In this document: positions 48,482-61,707 of the stretch, piece by piece
Numbering within the stretch: the first letter of the stretch is position 1
Layout: every line of letters begins with the position of its first letter
Translations under genes and position numbers: made by a program
Assembly: GCF_000143415.4 (NCBI RefSeq)
Contig: NW_003314320.1
Span: 662,183-726,182 of the forward strand
Length of the DNA stretch: 64,000 bases
Direction: 5' to 3'
From: Selaginella moellendorffii
Lineage: Eukaryota > Plantae > Lycopodiophyta
Notes under the pieces: model-generated
Seen by the model: only the letters and a program-made list of their open reading frames with translations
Told to the model about the DNA's origin: nothing
Databases searched by the model: none

Positions 48482-51400
48482 TTCACCCCTTGACTCGTAT
48501 TAGTATTTAGACTTAGTCTTGGATTCGATCTTGGACTCGATCTCGGACCTGACTTCGGACTCGGTTCTTGGACCCAATCTCGGACTTGACTTCAGACTCG
48601 ACTTCAGACTCGACCTTGGACTCGGTCTCGGACTCGGTCTCGGACCCAATTTGGATCTCGGACTCTGTCTCGAACTTGGTCTCAAACTCGGTCTCCGATT
48701 CGGCCTTGGACTCGATCCCGGACTCTATCTCGAACTCGGTCTCAGAGTCGGTCTTGGACTCGATCTTCGACTCGGTCCCATCCAATGAACTCTTTGTCAT
48801 TTCAGTCATGCTTCCGGGATCCTTTAGCCTACGACACCTCGGGGAGTCGGTTCTTTACATCAAGTAGTATTGGGATGGAATTGAACCATAGAAATCGAAG
48901 GGCATAACCAACAGTGGTTATGCAAGTTGAGAGTGGAGAATCAAGAGGGTGCTCGAGGATGTTGTTACTAGCAATTGCGATGCCATGGAGAGTCTAAAAT
49001 GTGGAATTATCCATGTTGGACCATATGGTGAGTAGGGAGCTTGCAAAGGAGAAGCCTTAGCAAGCTAAGGAACAAAGTTCCTTAAAAGTTCCCGAAGACA
49101 ATTCTAGGTAGATAAGTACCTAGAAAGCCAAGTGTAAATGGTTCCTAGAGTGCGCAAAATCAGAGTGGTGCAATAGAAGTGTGGTCTTGAAGCTGGCTAT
49201 GAGGTGAGGCTATCAAAATTGGGGAAGTAGTTCCCGAGTGTTCAAAGAGAGGGCTTTGAACAAAAGTCGATGGTTAAGGACTTTCACGCTTATGCATGAA
49301 CCATGTTACAGTGGCCGGATGACTTGCTACGCGAGATTGGCGAGTCAGAGGAACAAATCCCCTAGTTTAAGGTGCTAACTTCAAAAGGGGTGGCCCATAG
49401 GGCCGAGCATGGAGGAGTCCATGCATGATCACAGACTTGTCAAGTGAGAGGACTTAGTAGTGAGGAGGAACTAGGTTCCAAAGCTGTGATCTATAGTGCG
49501 CTTTAAGTACAGGTTGGTGCACCGGCATGGGGACTCACGCCAGGCATCCGGTGTGATGCCGTCCGTAGATGCATATATGGAGGTTGGGTTTGAGTCCCGA
49601 CCCTCTAGTGCTTGGGTTCGAGTCCCAAATCACTAGGGTGTGGTGATGGTTTGGAATATGAGGACACTCATATTTCGGTGGTCATGGACTCTCAGTGAGG
49701 AGACTAGCTTAGGCACACCGCCAAGCAGGGGATGCTCTAGAGTTGTGATGCACAATTAAATTGTTTAGAGTGAAAGCTCGACATATCTAACTTGAACACT
49801 TTGGTGCAAAAGGCACCAAGGATGTGGTGAATGAGATGGGGACACCTAGTCTTAGTTGCTATAGATCCTTGGCCAGAAGGGCTGGCTTGGGCACACTGCA
49901 AGTGTGGGGGATGCCCCTAGGGTCATAGCCAACAATCTAAAAGGGTCTAAAAAACCTAATTCCTATTGGTAGACCTGTTAAGGGGTCAAGATGAGATCAT
50001 TAGGTGATCTTGTGGCTAAACAAGGACAAAGTCCTTGTGAGGTTAAGGGATAAAGTTCCTAGTTCAAAGTGTTGGTTTGAACTATTGATGATGGTGTGGC
50101 TTGGTCAAGATGATCAAGTGGGAAGAACACCTAAAGGAAATGATTTGTGACTATGTGATGGCATAGTGAGTCCGAAAAAAGTAGTCTCTATAAGAGACCC
50201 ATGGGAAGGTCACAAAGTTGGGCCAGGGATAGAGCCTACAGTAGAAAATCCTAAAGAGACCTACTAGGGGTGAATAGCCTTTGAACTTGGCAAAACAAAG
50301 TCTTTGCTATGGAACCGAAAGGATACCTCAAGAATAGAGGTAGTGACCCAATGTTGTTGGGTGCAACAATCAAGGATAAGAGCAAAGGACTAATGGCTAA
50401 GAGAAGAGCCATGGGAATCATGGGAAAGAATCCAAATGGCAAACTTAGGCCGAGAACACTAATGTGTTGGGTGCTAACAAATTGTGGGAAAGGCAATGTT
50501 TTCCCAGGGATGGATTCCCAACCACTCCAATTTGGCAAAAGTGGAAGCTCCAAGAGGGGGAGCAGTAAGGTAGCCAAATAATAAGGCCATAGGTAGCCTT
50601 AGCACAAGTTATGATAACTGGAACTTAGTGCCAAATGTGGCATGATATCAAAGAGGGGATGATGGTGCCCTCAAGTAAGAACTTCCTAGGATGGAAAAGT
50701 GGAGTTGCACCATGGGCAACGTAAGGTGTTGGGGACATCTAGGAAATTGACTATGAGAAGTCAAAATTAAAAGTTCTAAAGTGCAAAGGATATCTCAATT
50801 GAATTTGAGACTACTCGAGAATGAGTAGTGGAACTGAGTTAGAGAGGGTGTCTCTAACGGGTTTAGCGAGAACTGACCCAATAAAAGGGAGCAAACCACC
50901 CTAGGTGGTCTAGTTAGTCTCTATGTTGAAGAGGCTATGCTCCTTAGAGGATAGACAAGCCATGGTGAGCCTTCGGAGTCAAACCATAAACAAATATTGG
51001 TTGGGTGCCAAGGATGGAAATGGTAATACAATGTGGGTGTTACTTTATAAAAGGGTTTATTGTTCGATGAGGACATCAAACTTCGTTTATGGGTGGTGGA
51101 GTTGTGAGACACAAAATCCCTAGGCACCAAAGTGGAGCTGAAAGGGTGCCACATGGTAGTGGCCGAAGCAAAAGTCAAACGAACGTAACACGTTTGGACT
51201 AAAAGCTTCAACTTGAAAGGTTGAGAGCGGGAGTGGAACTCCCAACAAAGTGCTCAAGGAACAAGCACGAAGCAAGCAATAAGCGAGGCTCCAAAAATAG
51301 ACCCAAAAGGACCAACACATGACACGTGGAAGTGTCCGAGATGGACCCGAGTTGGAGTCTGAGATGGACCGAGATAGAGTCCGAGATGGAGTCCAAGATG

Positions 51401-53790
51401 GACCCGAGATGGAGTCCGAGATGGACCCAAGATGGGGTCCGAGATGGACCGAGATGGAGTCCGAGATGGAGTTCGAGAGGGATCCGAGATGGAGTCCGAG
51501 ATGGACCTGAGATGGAGTCCAAGATGGATCCAAGATGGAGTCCGAGATGGAGTCCGAGATGGACCGAGACGGAGTCCAAGATGGAGTCCGAGATGGACCC
51601 GAGATGGAGTCCGAGATGGACCCAAGATGGAGTCCGAGATGGACCAAGACGGAGTCCGAGATGGAGTCCGAGATGGACCCGAGATAGAATCCAAGATGGA
51701 GTTTGAGAAGGACCCGAGATGGAGTCCAAGGTCGAAACCGAGACCGGGACCGAGACTGGGACCGAGACCGAGACCGAGGTTGAGACCGAGACCGGGATTG
51801 AGACCGAGACCAAGACCGAGATCAAGACCGAGACTGAGGCCAAGGCCAAGGCCGAGTCCGAGTCTGAGTCCGAGTTCGAGTCCAAGTTTGAGTCTGAGAA
51901 GGTGAAAGCCCAAAGTGTTCGTCTCCTAGACCCTAGGGGGTTTAGTGAGCTCCAAACGTATAGTAAGGGGGAGGATTGCAGTGGAGCTAGTTTGGCCAGG
52001 AAAGGCCAGTTTGGCCCAGGAAGGCTATACCTAGTGTTGGGTGATGAGCTGCCCACTGGGAAGTCCAAGATTAGAGTGAACACGGACGGACAAGCAGGGT
52101 AGTTTGGTGAAGTGTTCAAGAGCCAGTTCTAGTTCCCCCGGGAGATCGACTGGCCGATGCTCCCAGTCCAAGTGTGGGTGGCACTACCTACTTGGATACC
52201 TGGCATGGCTCAATGGAACCTTGCTCTAAGCCCATGGCTAGAGCACCCAAAAATGGAAGGCGGGGAGAGTACCCACGAGGCTCGCGTAAGGCCGTGGTGT
52301 TCTGAAATGTTGCCCCAAAATCCCAAACTGTGAAAAGGAGGAGGAACTGTCCTCTAGTGTAGAGACCAAGGATACAGTCATGTGAGGAGGTAGTCCCAGA
52401 GGACCGAGGGACTTAGTGGTCGGGCTTGTGGGCCTTGATCTAGTGGCAGTGTTGGTGAACACAGCCATGGACAAAAAGGGACTTGGTGGGGACTGGAAAA
52501 GAGATATTGGGGAAGGCTAATCCCCATGTCTGTGGGTATCCTAAGGATGCTAAGGAGTGGATCAGGGATGATCATTCATGGATGGATGGCCTAGTCTTTG
52601 AGAGATGGGACTGTGATGCAGATAGTGTTAGACCACCTGTGTGACCAAGGTGAAGGGGCATGGCCATAGCGTAATATGTTGATATGTCGATGGTACCTTG
52701 GGGTGTCGGTCATGGGATCGGACACGTGGAGCACTTGGACCAAGTGCAGAGGTTGAGTGGCGGGGATGCCATTCTCGGGGCTAGCAAGCCCAAGTCCAAA
52801 ATAGGATTTATGGAGGTTGTGAGTGAGACTCTTCCAAGTGGTCAGAGGTGTGGTTAAGTGACTAAAGTAGAATGGAAAAATTAGTTGCTTACAGATGATT
52901 ACAGACTACCAAAAGAACTTAAAGGTCTAATGAAACCATTAATGTAATTGCTAATAACCATGATAAATATAAAACCCAAAGTTATGGCAGAAGTATCAAT
53001 TGATTACAGAATCCTAATGAACCAACTACAACTGTGTGTGCAATAGCCAAATGCTAGAACCAACCTTGAAGGTATAACTTTGAACTGAAGCAAGGGACTT
53101 CAAGAGCTATTACAATCTATAAAACACCATTATAATAAATAATACATCTCATCTTTAAATTTGCCTACTATTTGAGCTCTAAGACCACTATTAACTCAAA
53201 CTATGACTATCAACAAAACTTGCCTTCACATCTTCCCTTTTATAAACCTTTAAGACCTGTGTTAACTTAGACTCATAACCTTTATCCTCGTCTAACACTA
53301 CATATAAAAGGTCAAACTTACTTTGTTCGTCCTCTACATCCTTTTTATCCTCTCTTTGAAAGAATTTTTTTATTAAACACTAGCTCTATTTAGACTTATT
53401 ACATTTATCTTCACTCTACTATCTATGTTTAATCTCACTTCACTATGGCATTCATTTAGTCTTACTACATGAAGGTTAGATATTTCATTCGAACTTGCTA
53501 TGTTTATCTTTATTCCACAATTCATTTTGTTCATCTTTACTCCACTATTGTACCTCATTTTATCATCAAGACAAGACTCCTATCCATCCCCTCTACCCCC
53601 TGTTTCAAAGAACAATAAGTTTGAAGTGTTAGGGTAAATAGGAGAATGTGAAAAAAATTGAAAAAAAACATTTTTATGGAAGAAGAAAAAGTGGATAAAG
53701 AAGCATCAAAAGAAGAATTTTTAGGAGCTGTCAAATCAAAAATGGAAAAATATAAAAAGGGTATATACTTAAAGTTTAGAAAATATAAGA

Positions 53791-54077
53791 ATGCTTTATT
53801 TCGTTAAAGTGGAACTTTTCATTATCCCACTTATGGTGTGTGGCCACATGCCATTTTTATAACAACAATAAAAAATTGAAGTTTTAGCTTTATAATTTAT
53901 AAATTAAAAACTTTTCATATGATTTTGTGTTATAATATTGTGAAATATAAAAAATAAATTAAAAAACTGATAGAAATATTAATAAATATTAATTAAGTAC
54001 TAGGAAATGGCATGTGGACACATGCTAATTAATGTCCCACTTTACTGAATAAGTTCCACTTTAACGAAATAAAGCAT
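53791..54077. mobile_element. MITE-like non-autonomous DNA element, 287 bp
   Basis: Perfect 27-bp TIR ATGCTTTATTTCGTTAAAGTGGAACTT (53791-53817 / 54051-54077), a subterminal IR (CCACATGCCATTT / AAATGGCATGTGG), an AT-rich core, and a flanking AAGA duplication. Confidence 0.75.
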
Positions 54078-54440
54078 AAGACCTCCTATTATAAAATACT
54101 TTGGCCACCACAACAAGAGATTCACACCACTTATTCTCATCAAAAAACAGCTTAGCACTTGATATATGAAAACTAATATATTCTCAGAGGAACACATAAA
54201 CTCCTTAGTAATAATAGTAAACAAAGACTCTCAATAGCACTCACAACTAGGGACATACACTCAATTTAGAACTTTAGCCTAAATGACTAAACCTTGGAAT
54301 AAGGGAATTATGAGAAAAAAATCCCTAAGCCCTAAAGTGGAGCCAAGAGGGTGCCATGTGGTAGTGGCCGAAGTGAAAGCTAAACAAGGGTAACACGTTT
54401 GGGCTAAAAACTCTGACTTGAAAAATCGAGAGTGGGAGTG

Positions 54441-57400
54441 TGTAGCACATGTGGTTTTTACCCTTTATCCTAAAGTGATTTACCATAGGATAACACCACG
54501 AAGCGGAACCTAAACCCTCTTTGTGCCACGTGACAGATGCCACGTGTCATATGCCACGTGTCCAAAGGACAGTGGTGCGGAACCCGAGGTTCAAGGCCTT
54601 GGGCCACTGAACGAAGGAACGGTGCTAAACTCCCAAGCATGGAGATAAGGAGTGATGGAACCGAATCACAGAGCAACTCCCGAGCATACAGCCCAAGGAG
54701 CGAAGGGACAGGAGCCCAGAGCGACTTGGAACAGTCTTGGAGCATCCAGCATCCTAATGCCAGGACCAGCACACAAAACAGAGCCAAACGGAGTCTGGTG
54801 CTATTTCGGCATACCGGTGGCCTAATGCGAGGCAATGGGTACCCCACCAACTAGCATGGTATGGAACTTGGGCTTCGACCCAAGCTGGATGCAGAACAAG
54901 GACAAGCACGCAAGCGGGAGCTAGACTATACCTCAAGTTGGTCGGCCATGCCTGACCTACCCACTATCCCTACTATACATTTGGAACCCCCCACAGTCCC
55001 CCCCCCCCCTTGAGGAACACACGCTTTGGGCTTTCACCCCAAGCCTCCCTTAGTATCATGAGTTAGTCTCTGGGACAAGCTCAAAACTTACTAAATATGG
55101 AATGTTCCTAGATTGCAAATTTGGACATGGGACGAACACCATTGTGTTCAGAACAATCTCTACATTCCGTAGATATGCCAAATGAGCAAATCTGGACACT
55201 TTCCATAAATAGCATTTGGGACCGAAATGAGACTAACACAAAAGGCATGATAACGAGGGTGTTTGGCAAACACGGTAAGCTATCATATAGCGATATTGAG
55301 GGACTAAGCTCAATATCGTGGGGGTTCCCAATACAAGCAAGTGCAAGTCAACGAATGAGTTTCTCTAACCAGGTCAAGTATGCTTGACTAATAGCACTTA
55401 GGAATTCCATCCTTATGCCCATTTGGTCAAGTGCACACGCGAGGACCAGTTTCTCAACTAGCTTAGGTGGAGACTGATAATGGGTCCAGCAATACTGACC
55501 TCCTGCCATCACGGCAGTAAAGTAAGAGTGTCCGTAAGGACTGGCCGACAGGTAACTTTCGATACCCGAAGTCACATTCACGACACTCTCCCCCCCTTGG
55601 AAAGATCGACGTCCTCGTCGATGCATACTTGAATCTAGAATACCGCCAAGGAAAAAACTCCAGATAAAGTTCACGGAATTCACACTATGTGAGAAATGCA
55701 CCAACTTAAATGAGTTAGAGGGCAACCTCTATGTCTAACGCGGATGCACTACCAGCTCAGACACCTTTCGGCCGTCGCCAACAAAGAAATGACCAACGGA
55801 GTTAACCACCCTTGCTGCTCTAGGTGTCACCCAGCGACAAAAGTGTGATACGCCCTGCCTGCAGGGACATAGAGAGAGAAGCCAGAGGCCCCAACCCTCC
55901 TGAGCAAAGAAACCAAACCCGTCGGTAAGGTTTAGATAGACTACTGTCAACAGGTAGTTAGAGTTGTTTACACGGTCACGCCCTTTAACGAAATAAGGAA
56001 CATCGACAGAGAGGCGGGTGATGTGACTAGTCGACAGTAGCTACCCCATGACTAGAGATTTCAACATGCACACGAAGTGCCGAAGCCAATCTGCCTATAC
56101 TGGCCCAAACTCAAAGATCAACATATAGGGACTATATCAAAGTCATAAAGAATGATATCTTAGAGATTTAATTATCAGTGAATAATGCTTAGATTAGAAC
56201 ACAAATGTATTCCAAGTAAGTTATCATCTGATAAACTAGTATTATAGTATAGGAACCACCAAGATCACTATAGTTTGGAAATATAGGATTGACTATCCAA
56301 CAAAATTCAATAGCAAGTATATCAGCAAGGAAACTCAATGATGAAACTTAACTACCAAAGATTGTAGACAGTATGCGAAACAACTTACGAAAGATAACTC
56401 AAAGAACACAAAGTATCCTTAACCAACAAGCACAATACTGCAAATGTATCACCCAAAGGAAATAACATCATAATCTATCAAAACTAACTCAAGCAACAAT
56501 CAACAGAATAGAATGAATGTGGTAAGACCAACAAACACCTATTCATGCCAATTACCACATAAGCCAATCTGAAGAGATCTCGGTCAACAATACAAAGGTA
56601 CTCAAGTTGCTTAAGCAAGTGTTAGCAACAACCTATCGATATCTCAAACCCAAGAAACCAATCTAGAGCAAACTATAAAGAATATGTGGTATTGCAAAAA
56701 GCCAAAAGCCATCAAAGAGAACAACTAATCATCATGAAAGATCATCAATCATCCCATCAATAAAGAGATGCAAAATCATCGTCTAAGAACGAATCCACCA
56801 TCCCGAAGAATAGCAAATTATTCTATACCAACAACAATTAAGCAAAACTTTTTGACAAGGATAATCAATTATCCTAGATGATAGTCGATCATCACCAATG
56901 ATTGCTAGATGCAAATACTAACTTCAACATTAAAGCTAATGAGCCAAAATGCCTTCCCCAACAACTTTTAACAAATGGAACAATGAGCACAAAACTCAAG
57001 GAACCAAAGCTCGAAGAAGCCTATAGCTAAATCTTGCCTAATAATGATCATAAGTCTCATAGAAGCTAACTTCAATGCAAAAGAAAAAATCGTGATGCAA
57101 CTCACAATATCTTCCTCAACACATCCATAAGCCAAACTTCATAATGCCAAAGCTAATGAAGAGCATGTCTGCATCAATCCAAAAGCTAAGCATAATGAAG
57201 CTATACTTAACAAGTGATCATTAAACGATCCTCCATGAATCCATCTATAGCAAGATATAACTCACTTCATAATAAGCCCAAAAAGAATCATTAATAATCG
57301 CTATATTCCAACTCAAATCCAATAAAGATTCAAACATTCTAACATCGATCACTAACTCCTCCGCTTGTAGAGTTAGCATAGTCCACGACTAAATCACTTT

Positions 57401-60400
57401 TCAAGGAAAAGCTAAAGCTCAACCTCTACTAAATAATCTCGTCTAGAACACAACTAACTCAAACTTGCTACTCAGTTCGTTTGAACGTCAACATAGTTGC
57501 TAATTAGCAAATGCACGAATGCCAACAACACAAAGCTATAGCCAAATCATCAACACTATATTCATCAAGACTAATGAAACTCAATATCAATCCTTGGAAG
57601 GATATCTTATTTCACTTGAATCTCAATATCAACAATGTCAATGACATGGTATCACTTCAATGCCATCAACTCCATAACAAAATTAGAAGAAAGCAAGAGT
57701 GAATCACCACTCAAAACTCTCTAGCAACTAAGCTAACCAGAGTCAAAGATACTTTACCTAGTATCCGAGACTAATCCTTCAACAACACTCAGCTATAGAT
57801 AACACATCATCAAGGAGTGATTCACCACATCCAAGACTCAATGAAATCCAACACCACGAACTAAATGCAACCAAATGATATCAACAGAGGTAGAGTTGAC
57901 ATGCCAATATGGAAAACCCATGTAAGTCTAACGACACGATCCTCCACAACATCATCCGGTAAAGCAAGCCCATCACTGCTAAATCATCATCGAACGAAGC
58001 AAGTATCAACAGTCTTTTTGACAAAGTCTACAAGTAATTACTTGTCGCAAAGCAACTAACAATCACCCTTCAACTTGTCTTTAGAAGACCCGAACACTAA
58101 CTCATGTCATCGAGTCACATACTTGTCCAACATGAACACAATACCCCAGGTACGAGATAAAAGTTCATAGACAAGCACAAGCTAAATGACCACTCGAATC
58201 CAACTCAACCGCAATAAACTTACTAATGCATTTAGTCAATAGCTCTGAGCATGCCTTGAAAAGGCTAGCTATGTGATCAACACTCAGTCAAAACTAAAGT
58301 GAAGACCATGAGATGGACTCATGTCGGTACACAACCTCCACTTAGACAAAGCTATAGAACGGGTACCAACATCTCAACCTCAAACAACTAAGCTGGACAT
58401 CACCATCCTTAGCCAAGACGCAGGGCCACCAAGACTAAATCAAGATCAGTGAGAGCTCACTACTCTCATAGAGTTTAACAAAATGCAAGGTGCAACCTGC
58501 CACCAAGCAAAACACTATAGAAGAAAGGCACAAGGATCACCCTTCTTAGAAAAGTGCAACAGCCACTTTTCTACACCAAGTCCAGACTCTATCCAACTCA
58601 ACCACCTTAGCCCCAAAAGTTAGTATCCCTTTCGGGCTGCATCATACAAATTATCTATTAAGGTCTAAGTTAACCGAAGTCAACTCCAACCCCTTCACTA
58701 GTTTGTACTGGCTTACAAAAATGGAAAGGTTTTCGAGCAAAGTGACCGATAGATCAGCCATTGGAAAAGCTTAAGAAAATTTGTGGAAAATTTTCCATCC
58801 TAGAGAAAGAATAACTCTCAGTCCAAGAATGCAAACTTTCAAGACTCAACCAACTTCCTCCTACCTACAACTTCACATAGGTTCACCTCAACACAATGTG
58901 AAACCAAAACACTAACAAGAAAAATGACATGGAAAATCAAGGTCCAAGGAAAATTCCTCATCACTTGAAATAACAATGCCACTTCTACTAACACAAGTGC
59001 TAGTGATGTCAATGCCCCAACTACACATCTTCTCCATCCAACAATCTACTCCAAGTGCTAATGAATCAACCGACAAGTCATAACAAGTGAATGCTATAAC
59101 CCTTTTCCAACACCTTATGGGTAAATTCAAGTAAGCAAGGTACCAACTTAAGCTTAGCATAATGGACCACTATTGAAAATCCAGTCAAAGCTACTACAAT
59201 ACTACTTCATGCAAGTAGACTAGCTTCTCCATCAACCACTTCGGGGTTGATCATCGTTTACCCAAGCAACTTCGTAAACACATTGCTCATTATCACATGG
59301 ATATGATATAAATCACAATGACTTGATCATCAATCAAACAACATTATGAGCAATGCCTATGTCACTACTGCAAAGGTTTATGTGAATATCAAGTGCCAAC
59401 TCGATTCGACAAAATGCAACATAAATGCCACACCCTATCAATAGAGATTTACAACACCTAACACCACTAACTTTTGTTCACAACACGAACAAGCTCATGC
59501 CACTCTTTTTCCGACCAAACTCAACACTAATCCAACACCAAGCTACTCAAGGAGCAATAGCAAGGTTCCCCGGAAAAGAATTGAGCATTGCAACCCAAGT
59601 CTTACAATAGCAAGCCTCGACGAAATGGTATAGCACTTCACTACTATCCATCCCACGACTCACCACTTGTAAGACTATCACGTCCAATATGCATCAAGAT
59701 AGGGACTCTTGATTGCATACCGTAAACATAAGCAATGAGTCACACCTCGTTGCAAATCATCTCTCCAAGAAGAGAAAATGATTTACATGTTTGATCCTTT
59801 GTCCCCGACAACTCTCTTTTCGGTCTTATCTTTGACCAAACCTCAAGCTTGCTTTCGCACTGCCTTCAATCCAATCCAAGAAAAGTTTATGAAAGAGCAT
59901 GGCAATGATTACTTGAATCAATAGACTAATCCCTATAGTCTTGATTGATCCACTTATATTCATGCCTAGGAAGGATCCACTAGTACCGTGCTAAATAGCT
60001 ACGGACCAGCCTATTTGCCACTCATAGCAAACCCAGGGAAGGTTTACTTTCACCCATGGTACATGGAACAACTCATGGAATCAACCGAACCATCGATAAG
60101 CTAACATTAATCTTGCCAACTCAAAGTGTAATCTTGAGTTGCTAATGTGCCTCTCTCACGAGCCCAAGCATAAACTCGCGCAAATGGAACATCTCACAAA
60201 CCATCCTATGAGCCCAAGCACAAGCTCACATCATAAGATACAAAAAGGTAACAAAAACCATACCCAAGGAATAAATGCGAAGTCTTAGCACCCAAATGTG
60301 TACCCACTTGGATCATCGTTTTCATCTCTGCATATGCAACGAGACTAGTTGCCCAATCTCATTGGATAGTACTCGCCAAGACTCATCCTTTGATACCAAA

Positions 60401-61543
60401 TGTAGCGCACATGGTTTTTACCCTTTATTCTATAGTGATTTACCATAGGATAACACCACAAAGCGGAACCTAAACCCTCTTTGTGCCACATGACAGATGC
60501 CATGTGTCACATGCCACGTATCCAAAGGATAGTGGTGCGGAACCCGAGGTTTAGGGCCTTGGGCCACTGAACGAAGGAACGGTGCCAAACTCCCAAGCAT
60601 GGAGACAAAGAGTGATGGAACGAACCACAAAGCAACTCTTGAGCATACAACCCAAGGAGCGAAGGGACAGGAGCCCAGAGTGACTTGGAACAGTCCTGGA
60701 GCATCCAGCATCCCAATGCCAGGACCAGCACGCAAAACGGAGCCAAACGGAGTCTGGTGCTATTTCGGCATACCGGTGGCCTAATGCGAGGCAATGGGTA
60801 CCCCACCAACTAGCATGGTATGGAACTTGGGCTTAGACCCAAGCTGGACGCAAAACAAGGACAGGCACGCAAGTGGGAGCTAGACTATACCTCAGGTTGG
60901 TCGGCCATGCCTGACCTACCCACTATCCCTACTATACATTTGGAACCCCCCACAGTTCCCCCCCCCCCTTGAGGAACACACGCTTTGGGCTTTCACCCCA
61001 AGCCTCCCTTAGTATCAGGAGTTAGTCTCTGGGACAAGCTCAAAACTTACTAAATATGGAATGTTCCTAGATTGCGAATTTGGACACGGGACGAACACCA
61101 TTGTGTTCAAAACAATCTCTATATTCCATAGATATGCCAAATGAGCAAATCTGGACACTTTCCATAAATAGCATTTGGGACCGAAATGAGACTAACACAA
61201 AAGGCATGATAACGAGGGTGTTTGGCAGACATGGTAAGCTATCATATAGCAATATTGAGGGACTAAGCTCAATATTGCGGGGTTCCCAACACTAGCAAGT
61301 GCAAGTCAATGAATGAGTTTCTCTAACTAGGTCAAGTATGCTTGACTAATAACACTTAGGAATTCCGTCCTTATGCCCATTTGGTCAAGTGCACACGTGA
61401 GGACCAGTTTCTCAACTAGCTTAGGCGGAGATTGATAATAGGTCCAGCAATACTGACCTCCTGCCATCGCGGCAGTAAGGTAAGAGTGTCCGTAAGGACT
61501 GGCCGACGGGTAACTTTCGATACCCGAAGTCACATTCACGACA
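54441..61543 (-). mobile_element. Non-autonomous LTR element D, second copy of the C family
   Basis: LTRs 54441-55585 and 60401-61543. Perfect TSD GAGTG (54436-54440, 61544-61548). PBS 60388-60398; PPT 55586-55596. Internal region colinear with C. Confidence 0.95.
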
Positions 61544-61570
61544 GAGTGGAACTCCTAATAAAGGGCTTGA

Positions 61571-61707
61571 NNNNNNNNNNNNNNNNNNNNNNNNNNNNNN
61601 NNNNNNNNNNNNNNNNNNNNNNNNNNNNNNNNNNNNNNNNNNNNNNNNNNNNNNNNNNNNNNNNNNNNNNNNNNNNNNNNNNNNNNNNNNNNNNNNNNNN
61701 NNNNNNN
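61571..61707. other. Assembly gap (137 N)
   Basis: Run of n characters. Confidence 1.

Larger units (their letters stand above)
34306..48859 (-). mobile_element. LTR retrotransposon B: Ty3/Gypsy chromovirus, decayed
   Basis: 3' LTR 34306-35468; 5' LTR 40440-41230 plus 48482-48859 (split by C). PBS TGGTATCGGAGCC (40424-40436, minus); PPT 35469-35480. Domain order gag-PR-RT-RH-IN-chromo. Flanks GCAAA/TCAAG are an imperfect TSD. Confidence 0.93.
30811..52893 (+). mobile_element. LTR retrotransposon A: non-coding, Gypsy-derived, hosts nested B and C
   Basis: 5' LTR 30811-32516 and 3' LTR 51103-52893 (TG...CA). TSD GATGA at 30806-30810 and 52894-52898. tRNA-Met-type PBS TGGTATCAAAGCC 32520-32532; PPT GGGTGGTGGAGT 51091-51102. 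The internal region lacks credible ORFs. Confidence 0.93.
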
